Origin: Actinomycetes bacterium | GTDB taxonomy: Bacteria; Actinomycetota; Acidimicrobiia; Acidimicrobiales; Ilumatobacteraceae | Direction: 5' to 3' | NCBI GenBank assembly: GCA_031400715.1 | Contig: JANNQK010000264.1 | Span: 4,094 to 68,093 of the forward strand | Length of the DNA: 64,000 bases | Shown here: piece by piece, positions 35,855 through 43,689 of the stretch | Position numbering within the stretch: the stretch's first letter is position 1 | How the letters are laid out: every line of letters starts with the position of its first letter | The notes under the pieces: model-generated | Seen by the model: only the letters and a program-made list of their open reading frames with translations | What the model was told of the DNA's origin: nothing | Database searches by the model: none | Program-made: the position numbers and the translations under genes

Positions 35855-36514
35855 ATGGCGGCGGAGAGGAGATCGATGGTCGGCGGCGAGGACGGCAACA
35901 TCGACAACACCACTCACCCTCATGGGTCGGCGGTCTCGCAGACGACGCGCGAGGAACTCGGGCGCGCCGGCATCGAACGACGCTCCAACCCGAGTTGGCG
36001 CAGGGGCGCCGATGGCGACCCTCTGCTCGCGGCCGAGCTGGAGGGCTGTGTCGGAGACGACGCGATCGTGCTCCACTGCCGCATGGCGCCCACCGCTCGC
36101 GGAACGATCGATCACCTCGTCGTCGCGGCGTCAGGGGTGTGGATCGTGGATGCCAAGAGCTACTGGGGAGTCGCCGAGCGTCGCGACGTCGGCAACTGGC
36201 GGACGGTCGATCATCGCCTGTACGTGAACGGCCGTGACGAGACCGCGGCGGTGGACAACGTCACCTGGCAGGCGGCGGTCGTTCGGGCGACGCTCGACTC
36301 GATCGACTGCACCGATGTGCCGGTGCATCCGGTGTTGCTCTTCGTCGGGTCTGGAGGTCGATGGTTCGTGCAGCCCATCGAGATCCGTGGGGTGCGTGCG
36401 ATGTGGACCAAGCAGCTCACCGAGCTCGTCTCGGCACGCGGCACGATCGACGCAGAAGGTCGTCGCTCCATCGCAGCTCAACTCGATGCGGCGCTGCCCG
36501 CTGCGTCGTTCTGA
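35855..36514 (+). CDS. NERD-domain protein (paralog C, D-x-K retained)
   Basis: RGTIDHLVVAASGVWIVDAKSYWG and RLYVNGRD. An alternative in-frame GTG lies at 35849. Confidence 0.7.
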   Translation: MAAERRSMVGGEDGNIDNTTHPHGSAVSQTTREELGRAGIERRSNPSWRRGADGDPLLAAELEGCVGDDAIVLHCRMAPTARGTIDHLVVAASGVWIVDAKSYWGVAERRDVGNWRTVDHRLYVNGRDETAAVDNVTWQAAVVRATLDSIDCTDVPVHPVLLFVGSGGRWFVQPIEIRGVRAMWTKQLTELVSARGTIDAEGRRSIAAQLDAALPAASF

Positions 36515-38421
36515 TACTCGGGAGCGAAGCACTTCCCCAGCACGTCGGCGATGTCGAGCGGCTCGCCGTCGGCCAGCACGGCGAGCACCTGCTGGGTCAA
36601 CGACGCAGGCACCGGGAGGTAGCCGAAGTACGACACGAGGTCCTTGCCGACCGGCAGCAGACGAGCCACGACATGTGAGCCCTTCGGAAGGCGCATGCCG
36701 CGCAGAGCGGCGATCCGCACCTCCTCGTCCGACGTGACATCGGTGAGGGCGAGGAAGTCGGCGTCATGCTCGTCGACGCGAAACAGCGAGCGGTCGGCCA
36801 GCAACCACAACGCAGCCAGCTCGCGTTCGTCCTTGGGCAGCAACGACTTGCGCCGGTCGATGAAGCGGCGGAAGCCCCCCAACTCCTCGAGCGCCAGGTC
36901 GTAGATCAGTTCGCTGTCGATCACCTGCGACAGCAGTTCCGCGCCTCCGCCGGCGGCATCGACCAGCGCCATCGCCAACTCCGCGTGCTCGTGCGCCAGA
37001 TGCTCGCCCACGAAGCGGCACCCTTTGCGGTACAGCCACGCGGCGCGATCGCGCAGCGGGAACTGCTCGTTGCCGAGGTGGCACGCCTTGTACTTGCGGC
37101 CCGACCCGCAGGGGCAGGGATCGTTGCGACCCGCCGACGCCCGCGGCCTCGTGAGGAACGGCTCGATCTCGCCCCACACCACTCCGCCGACCCGCACATC
37201 GCTCGGCGGCACGTTGCCGGCACGCAGCAGGCGCGCCGCCTCGTGAGCGTCGCCCCGATCCGCCGCGATCCCGGCCAGCATCGCATGTGCCCGCGGGTGC
37301 GGATCGTGGACGACGGCACGCTCCAGGGCTGCGATCGCCTCGTCGGTGCGATCGAGGATCTCCCAACACTCTGCCGCAACCACCTCGGGCCCGCTGCAGC
37401 CAGGACCATCCGCCACGTGATCCAACAACGCTGCGCTGAACTTCAGCAGGTCGAGCGGGGTGCGTCCGTGCTCGATCGCCTCGTGCACGAACACCCGGCA
37501 CACGTCGTCGCTGTTCAACGCCATCGCGAGGACGAATGCGTTGTCCTGCTGTTCCCCAGCGGCGCCCAATGCCTCGGCGTGGCCGTCGGTCACCGATGAG
37601 CAGGCGCCCAACAGCATCATCACCGAGGTCGTGTCGTCGCTCGACAACTCGTGATGGGCGTGCAGTTCGTGGAAGCGGCGAGCTGCTGCCACGTCGTTCC
37701 AGTCGGTGCCGATCGGACCCACCCAGTCGCCCTGGTGCTCGAGTCCGGCCCCGGCGAGCAGGAAGGGCATGGGTGGGATCACGACCGAGCGGAACACATC
37801 ACCGTGGTCGGCAAAGGCTCGCACGAAGACCATTCCATGCTCGGCGATCAGCAAGGGATCGGCGTCATCGTCGACGATCGGATCATCGATCATCTCGGCC
37901 TCGGCGTCGAAAGCAGCGTGGAAGGCCGTCGCCAGACCAGGGTCGACCGTCGCGCTTCCGGTTGCCGGCACGATCGACACGCCTTCCCGTCGGAACTCGA
38001 GGATCGACGAGCGACCGGCGAGATCACCCAGCCATCCAGCGGGACCCGTGAGGCAGACCCCCTGCGCCGTGAGTTCGTGTCGGACAACGCCGGTCGAGGT
38101 ACCAGCTGCATCCAGCAGGGACATCTCGTCCCAATGCCACCACGTGATCACCTCGACGCCGTGGTCGAGCGCGAGCGAATCGCCACCATCCACCGGCACC
38201 TCCACCCACCAGCGCGAACCGTGGAGTGCCGAGGGCAGGTTCACCCACCGGTCGCCGACCGGGACGTTGTCGTCGGCCAGCAACTCGAACAAGAGGTCGT
38301 TCGGATCCGCGCCCAGATCGAGGCCGGCGTCACGCAATGCGTCGAGCAACTCTTCTGGAGTGTGCGGACGCTCGCGCAACAGGGCATGTGCCCGTTCGCT
38401 GATGGACTCGAGGCTCGACAT
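36478..38421 (-). CDS. SEC-C motif-containing protein (~647 aa)
   Basis: An internal CPCGSGRKYKACH metal-binding motif. The start was set at MSSLES (38421; alternatives at 38499 and 38514). The upstream 270 aa of track ORF 36478..39231 is antisense to a better gene. Confidence 0.65.
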   Translation of the reverse strand: MSSLESISERAHALLRERPHTPEELLDALRDAGLDLGADPNDLLFELLADDNVPVGDRWVNLPSALHGSRWWVEVPVDGGDSLALDHGVEVITWWHWDEMSLLDAAGTSTGVVRHELTAQGVCLTGPAGWLGDLAGRSSILEFRREGVSIVPATGSATVDPGLATAFHAAFDAEAEMIDDPIVDDDADPLLIAEHGMVFVRAFADHGDVFRSVVIPPMPFLLAGAGLEHQGDWVGPIGTDWNDVAAARRFHELHAHHELSSDDTTSVMMLLGACSSVTDGHAEALGAAGEQQDNAFVLAMALNSDDVCRVFVHEAIEHGRTPLDLLKFSAALLDHVADGPGCSGPEVVAAECWEILDRTDEAIAALERAVVHDPHPRAHAMLAGIAADRGDAHEAARLLRAGNVPPSDVRVGGVVWGEIEPFLTRPRASAGRNDPCPCGSGRKYKACHLGNEQFPLRDRAAWLYRKGCRFVGEHLAHEHAELAMALVDAAGGGAELLSQVIDSELIYDLALEELGGFRRFIDRRKSLLPKDERELAALWLLADRSLFRVDEHDADFLALTDVTSDEEVRIAALRGMRLPKGSHVVARLLPVGKDLVSYFGYLPVPASLTQQVLAVLADGEPLDIADVLGKCFAPEYQNDAAGSAASS

Positions 38422-38661
38422 GGTGGGCACGGCACCAGTGTGCCAGTCGGTCGTCGGGCCCGCCGTCGAAAGCGTCGAGGGAGCACGGCGAGCCGTCATC
38501 GGAGCTCGCTCCATCGGCGGTCGGATGTGGTCACGGGTGGCGAGCGGTGGTGCGATCTGAAATCGGGTCCTGGTCGCATCTGGATCGGATCGGTGGAGAA
38601 CAGGCATCGAGGTGGGAGACTGGTGATCCCAGATGGCTTCGGCCGAGGAGAGTTTCGGACC

Positions 38662-39252
38662 ATGACGCCTGATCAGTTCAAGAAGTGGTGCCCAGGTCTG
38701 TGGCACGTCGCCCCCGGTGGCACGTGGGAGATCATCCGCGAAGAGGGTTTCAAGACGGCCGCCCAACTGCAGGCCGTGACCGTGCCCGCAGGAGACGGCG
38801 ATGGCGAGGCGGTCGTCATCGAGACCACGCAGGGCTCGTATGTCCGCAAGCGCCGCGACCCGTCGTCGTACATGGGCGACGACGACGCGGTGAGCACCTG
38901 GGTGTCGATGCTCGATTCTCGCGTCTACCTCTTCGCGAACCGCGTGCCGATGGACAAGCTGCTGGCCAAGCAGTTGGCCCGCGACAACGGTGCTCAGGAC
39001 ATTCTGATCATCTCGACTCAGCGCCTCCTCGATGCGAAGCGGCCGAGCATCGAGCTCAGCTCGCAGAACTCGAGCGCCGTCGCCCGTGTGCCCGGCCCCG
39101 AGAAGCTTGCGGAGATGTTCCTGCCGTTGTCGCGTTTCGCCGACAAGCGCCCTGCCGAGGTGACCGTGCTCGACGGTTTCGACGCCAAGGGCATCGTGAT
39201 CAGGGCCGAGCGCCACTACGCCGACGGCCACTACGACGTCCTACCGGTCTGA
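38662..39252 (+). CDS. DUF7002-like small protein with a possible H-Y-E ADP-ribosyltransferase-like signature
   Basis: ATG preceded by GAGGAG. The sequence contains LWHVAPGGTWEIIREEGFKTAAQL, LDSRVYLFAN, IELSSQNSSA and AEVTVLDG. The order resembles what I recall of DUF7002/DarT-like proteins. This is a by-eye call only. Confidence 0.45.
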   Translation: MTPDQFKKWCPGLWHVAPGGTWEIIREEGFKTAAQLQAVTVPAGDGDGEAVVIETTQGSYVRKRRDPSSYMGDDDAVSTWVSMLDSRVYLFANRVPMDKLLAKQLARDNGAQDILIISTQRLLDAKRPSIELSSQNSSAVARVPGPEKLAEMFLPLSRFADKRPAEVTVLDGFDAKGIVIRAERHYADGHYDVLPV

Positions 39253-39303
39253 TCTTCCGCGGAGCAGCCTTCAAGGTCGGCGATTTGCTGCCGATGAACG
39301 TGC

Positions 39304-40128
39304 ATGACGTTGAAGCAGATGCCGCTGCTGTTCACCGGTGTGTGCAGGGAGTGCTCGGCCGAACTCGCTGCCAAGACCATGGCTTTCTACGACAACGTCC
39401 AGAAGACCGTCGTCTGCGAAGGATGCCATGGTCCGGCCCTGGGGGATGAAGCGGCGGCGTTCTCGTTGAATGATGCACCGCCGCTTGGGGCGCTGCACGG
39501 CCAAACCGAGTTTCCGCCACCTGTCGCCGGCACGGCGGCGGTGGGAGTCGATGTGCCGGGATCGATGGATGGGCGTCGGCGTTCCCGCTCGTCGCCGGCC
39601 AAGCGCAGAGGTACGGAGTCGGTTGGGGACGATCTCGCACACGTCGTCGGCAGCCTTCTCGAACAGGCGTTTGGCGAGCCGATCGTCGTGCTCCACGCAC
39701 GTCAGGCGCCGGGGGCACGGGGAGTGATCGATCACATCGTGCTCGCTCCGTCCGGAGTGTGGTTGATCGCCGCCGCAGCTCGTGGCAAGGCGGAGCATCG
39801 CCAGGTGGGCACTCGTCGAACACCCGAGTTCCGCTTGTACGTGAACGGCGCCGATCAGAACGAACGACTGGCCGACTTCGCGTGGCAGGTCAATGCCCTT
39901 CGTGCCGTGCTCGACCCGATCCACTTGGGTGATTCCCCGATCCATCCCGCGGTGGTGCCGGCGGCCGAGGATCAGGGCCGGTTCGCGAAACCGTTCGACA
40001 TCGACGGCGTGAGGGTGATGTGGGGCAAGCACCTCACCGAGGCGATCGCCCGATCCGGACCGCTCGATGAGGCAGCGTTGCGAGCCATCACCATCCAGTT
40101 CAACCTGAAGCTCGCGACCAGACGCTGA
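39304..40128 (+). CDS. Zinc-ribbon + NERD-domain protein (paralog D, D-x-K lost)
   Basis: N-terminal CRECS...CEGCH zinc ribbon. The NERD core is RGVIDHIVLAPSGVWLIAAAARGK, with AAA at the position where paralog C has DAK. RLYVNGAD is present. Confidence 0.7.
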   Translation: MTLKQMPLLFTGVCRECSAELAAKTMAFYDNVQKTVVCEGCHGPALGDEAAAFSLNDAPPLGALHGQTEFPPPVAGTAAVGVDVPGSMDGRRRSRSSPAKRRGTESVGDDLAHVVGSLLEQAFGEPIVVLHARQAPGARGVIDHIVLAPSGVWLIAAAARGKAEHRQVGTRRTPEFRLYVNGADQNERLADFAWQVNALRAVLDPIHLGDSPIHPAVVPAAEDQGRFAKPFDIDGVRVMWGKHLTEAIARSGPLDEAALRAITIQFNLKLATRR

Positions 40129-40308
40129 GTCTGGCGTCCTGGCGTTCACCGAGCGTCGCAGAGTTCAGGAGACGTTCACCCACGATTCACCGCCGTCGGC
40201 AGTCGGAGCGGATCGAATCGAACCGGCAGCTCGTCGTTCGATCGGCGATGCACGCTGGGTCGGCGAGCGCTGGGTCACGGCGGCTCGGATTCGGGGAGGG
40301 AAGTACGG

Positions 40309-41229
40309 ATGAGTGGGTCTTGGGCAAACGATCCCTGGAATCGGTACCCATACCGATGGCGTGATGACGTCGGCTGGACCGAGCACGTGTCGGACGGGCC
40401 CAACGAGTACCTCGACCCTCCCGGCGACGTTCAGACCCGTGCGGCAGCGCGGCCGGAGTCGTTGAACACCGACCGGTTGCCACCCTGGTACACGGTGAAG
40501 CGCTACTGGCTGTACGTCGTCGTGGGTCTCGTCGTCCTGATCGCGCTCGTGCGCTCGTGCGGCGGCGATGACGCAGCCGAAGATCCAACCGCCTCGACGG
40601 TGCCGGCCGCTCCGGTCACCGATGCCCTGGTGCCACCGACCGAACCTGCCCCCGCATCCAGCGCGCCACCGAGCTCGGCCGCGGGCAGCGACGTGGCTGC
40701 AGCCGAAGCGCCTGCTGATCTCGTGGCGATGCTTCCTCGTCTCGAGGACCTGCCGACCGGTTGGGCTGTCGATCCGCCGACAGCCGACGGTGCCGACGAT
40801 GGTGCCAGCACCGACTGCTTCGCGGCAGCTTTCGATGCCGCCGACGCTGCGGTGCCGCCGGCTGGAGCCGACGTCGCATCGGCGGACACCTCCTTCTCAC
40901 AGTCGGCGTCGGGGCCGTTCATGTCGTTCTCGGTCGGCCGCGACGATGCGGATCTCGTGGCGCTCGGTGCGGCCGTCAAAGCATGCAGCGGTGTCACCGA
41001 TGCCGATGGCACGACTCATCAGATCTCCGATCTGACCTTTGCCAGCCTGCCCGCCGACTCGCTCGTCGTGCGCGACGACATCACCAACGTCGCCGGCACT
41101 GGCGTGGTGGTCATCGCGATCACCAAGGCGAACGGGGTGCTCGTCGGGAGCGCCGCCGTCACCATCGGATCCGAGCCCGACATCGCTCTGCTCGAGCAAC
41201 TGACCGCCTTGGTGGTCGGTCGCGTGTGA
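40309..41229 (+). CDS. DUF2510-domain membrane protein (array member 1)
   Basis: The N-terminus is WANDPWNRYPYRWRDDVGWTEHVSDG, followed by a TM helix, a Pro/Ala-rich linker and a globular C-terminus. Confidence 0.6.
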   Translation: MSGSWANDPWNRYPYRWRDDVGWTEHVSDGPNEYLDPPGDVQTRAAARPESLNTDRLPPWYTVKRYWLYVVVGLVVLIALVRSCGGDDAAEDPTASTVPAAPVTDALVPPTEPAPASSAPPSSAAGSDVAAAEAPADLVAMLPRLEDLPTGWAVDPPTADGADDGASTDCFAAAFDAADAAVPPAGADVASADTSFSQSASGPFMSFSVGRDDADLVALGAAVKACSGVTDADGTTHQISDLTFASLPADSLVVRDDITNVAGTGVVVIAITKANGVLVGSAAVTIGSEPDIALLEQLTALVVGRV

Positions 41230-41421
41230 GCCCCGATCCGGCGTCGAGCGCATTCGACGGCCGTCCGATTTCTTGACGATCCATCGTTGCGTGTCCACGC
41301 CGACCGGCAGGGTGTGCAGCTCGCGAGTGTTCAGGCGTTGTTCACCGTCCGTTCGTCGTGGTGTGCCGTGTTGCCGCGCTGCAATGGCGGAGCACGACCA
41401 GTGAACGCAAGGGAGGAACGG

Positions 41422-42360
41422 GTGAGTGGAGCATGGGCGAACGACCCCTGGGGTCGTTTCCTGTTTCGCTGGCATGACGGCACGACCTGGTCCGAACACG
41501 TCTCCGATGGACGTCAGAACGGGGTCGACCCTCCTGGCCCCACGGCATCGGCGAGGTTCACTCCGCCTGACGCGGCCGCCCGGCCGAGCAGCGATGAGAT
41601 CATCGAACGGCTCGTACAGACCGCACGTGAGGCGATCGATGCCCGAGCCCCGATGTCGCGCGCGGCGGCCCCGCCTCCGACCCCGACTCCGAACCCGTCA
41701 CCGACCCCGACTCCGAACCCGGCACCGCCTCCGTCCCCGAACCCGGCACCGACCTGGGAGCCGATGGCGACGGTGCGACCTCCTGCTCCGCCAGCACCGC
41801 CGTCGACGGCTGCGCCAGCCGTGTCCTCGGTGCAGCCGACCGTGGTGTCGGCGTCGGTCTCGGCTGCGTCATCGGGTCGGACTCGTCCGCCGTGGGGCTG
41901 GATCGTGGCCGGAGTGGCGGTACCCGTTGCGTTGTGGTGCCTCTACAACGCCCGTGACAACGATGAGTCGGTCTCCTCGGGAGAAGCACCGATCGAATCC
42001 GCCGCGCCGACGACCACGACCACCATCGCTCCGCCGGTGGGCACCATTGCCGTTGCCAGTGTGCCGCCCGGAGTCACCACCACGCTCACACCGCCCACTC
42101 CCGACCCCACACTGATCGAACGATGCGTGGAGTTCGCACCGTTCGCCGCCTACATCGGTGACCCGGAGATGGTCGCGTTCTGGACAGCGGCTGGCTTCGA
42201 CGTCAGCACCCTTCGCGCCAACTGCACTGCACTCGCTCCGGAGGAGCTCGACCGGCTGTCACGTCGCAAGACCGACATGGACCTGTTCATGAACGGGGGC
42301 GTGGTCACCACGCTGGGGACGATTCCTGCAGTCCCCGCGTCGGTCGCCTCGCCACCCTGA
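41422..42360 (+). CDS. DUF2510-domain membrane protein (array member 2)
   Basis: GTG start preceded by GGGAGGA. WANDPWGRFLFRWHDGTTWSEHVSDG, a PTPNP repeats linker, a TM helix, and a C-terminal two-Cys module. Confidence 0.6.
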   Translation: MSGAWANDPWGRFLFRWHDGTTWSEHVSDGRQNGVDPPGPTASARFTPPDAAARPSSDEIIERLVQTAREAIDARAPMSRAAAPPPTPTPNPSPTPTPNPAPPPSPNPAPTWEPMATVRPPAPPAPPSTAAPAVSSVQPTVVSASVSAASSGRTRPPWGWIVAGVAVPVALWCLYNARDNDESVSSGEAPIESAAPTTTTTIAPPVGTIAVASVPPGVTTTLTPPTPDPTLIERCVEFAPFAAYIGDPEMVAFWTAAGFDVSTLRANCTALAPEELDRLSRRKTDMDLFMNGGVVTTLGTIPAVPASVASPP

Positions 42361-42517
42361 CCCAATCGTCGCGTCGAGTCGCGCCACCACGCACCAACGT
42401 GCAACCCTCCACCACTCCAGACACCCCGAGACACCCGAGACACCCGAGACACCCGACCCAACACGACAACGATGCCGCCCACCTTCTCCGCCACGGTGAG
42501 GACGTCAGGAGCGACAC

Positions 42518-43552
42518 ATGAACGACGACAGCAGCGGCGCCTGGGCGCCAGATCCGTGGGGACGCTACCCACGTCGATGGCACACGGGCGCCCACTGGAC
42601 CAGCCACGTCACCGACGGCCATTCCGTGCTCGCCGATCCACCAGGCCAGCGTCGCGAGCGCGGCACGCTACCGCCTCCACCGCCACAGGCACGCCCGGTC
42701 GACCCTCGATTCGGCGTCGGGTCGAACAGTCGATCGACGGCTGAACCGGACGTGAGGGTGTCTGTCGGCGTCGACCGTCAGCCCTCCCGCGTCCCGGTGA
42801 TCGACCGGGTCTCGACGCGTCAGCGGACCATGCGCTTGTCGTTGGTCGCGAGCGTGGTGGTCATGCCTGTGGTCGGTCTGATCCTGCACGATGCCCGCGA
42901 CCGCAGCCGCGTGGGCGCCCTGGTGCCGGCCGCCCGCGTGGAGTCGACGGTCACGAGCTCTCCCTCGTCGACGTCGCCGGCTGCGCCGCCCTCGTCGATG
43001 CTGCCGGAGAACACGACCACCACGATCAGCACGACGCCACAAGCAACGCTCGACCCGCAACTCGTCGACGACTGTGTCGCCTTCGTCCCGTTCGGTGCCT
43101 ACATCGGTGATCCGCAGATGGTCCAGCTGTGGATCGCAGCTGGGATGGACGTGGCTGCGCTCACCGAGCGATGCGAGCGGATGGAACTCGTCGACCTCCT
43201 CGAGATCGCACGGCGACGTGCGGCGGGCGAGGAGTTCATGAACGGCGGAACAGCACCGGCTGCGGCGCTGACGCCGACATCCCCGACGGCGACCCGTGTC
43301 GGTCCGCCGGATCGCCCCGCTGCCTCGACGACATCGACGACAACGCCGCCGACAACGACAACGACGACAACCACGCCGACGACGACAACGACGACGACGC
43401 CCACGACGACGACGACGCCGACGACGACGACGACAACGACGACGACGCCGACGACGACGACGACGACGACGCCCACGACCACGACGGAGCCACCGGCGCC
43501 GCCCGGCGACCCGGATGCTGTGCAGCAGCCCGACCCTGATCTCGCGGCCTGA
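42518..43552 (+). CDS. DUF2510-domain membrane protein (array member 3) with a poly-Thr/Pro tail
   Basis: WAPDPWGRYPRRWHTGAHWTSHVTDG. It has the same C-terminal two-Cys module as member 2, then a (T)nP low-complexity tract. Confidence 0.6.
   Translation: MNDDSSGAWAPDPWGRYPRRWHTGAHWTSHVTDGHSVLADPPGQRRERGTLPPPPPQARPVDPRFGVGSNSRSTAEPDVRVSVGVDRQPSRVPVIDRVSTRQRTMRLSLVASVVVMPVVGLILHDARDRSRVGALVPAARVESTVTSSPSSTSPAAPPSSMLPENTTTTISTTPQATLDPQLVDDCVAFVPFGAYIGDPQMVQLWIAAGMDVAALTERCERMELVDLLEIARRRAAGEEFMNGGTAPAAALTPTSPTATRVGPPDRPAASTTSTTTPPTTTTTTTTPTTTTTTTPTTTTTPTTTTTTTTTPTTTTTTTPTTTTEPPAPPGDPDAVQQPDPDLAA
43325..43485 (+). repeat. ACG/ACA-rich low-complexity coding tract (poly-Thr interrupted by Pro)
   Basis: It encodes TTTPPTTTTTTTTPTTTTTTTPTTTTTPTTTTTTTTTPTTTTTTTPTTTT. 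Confidence 0.85.
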
Positions 43553-43689
43553 CCGACGAGACTGCACGGATGCCTCCTCGCCCCCTCGGTGTACGCCGTC
43601 GCCCTGTCAGGTTCGTCCCAGATGCTCGATCGGCTCGCACTCACGCTGGGATTGCGAACCGCCCTCAGGCCGGCATCGTGAGGGGCGGC

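Noticed and set aside
38422-39231. The N-terminal ~270 aa of the 917-aa minus-strand ORF 36478..39231.
   Set aside because: It is antisense to the better-supported plus-strand gene 38662..39252 (RBS, GC3 bias, coherent sequence). The SEC-C protein sequence becomes coherent only from MSSLES at 38421.
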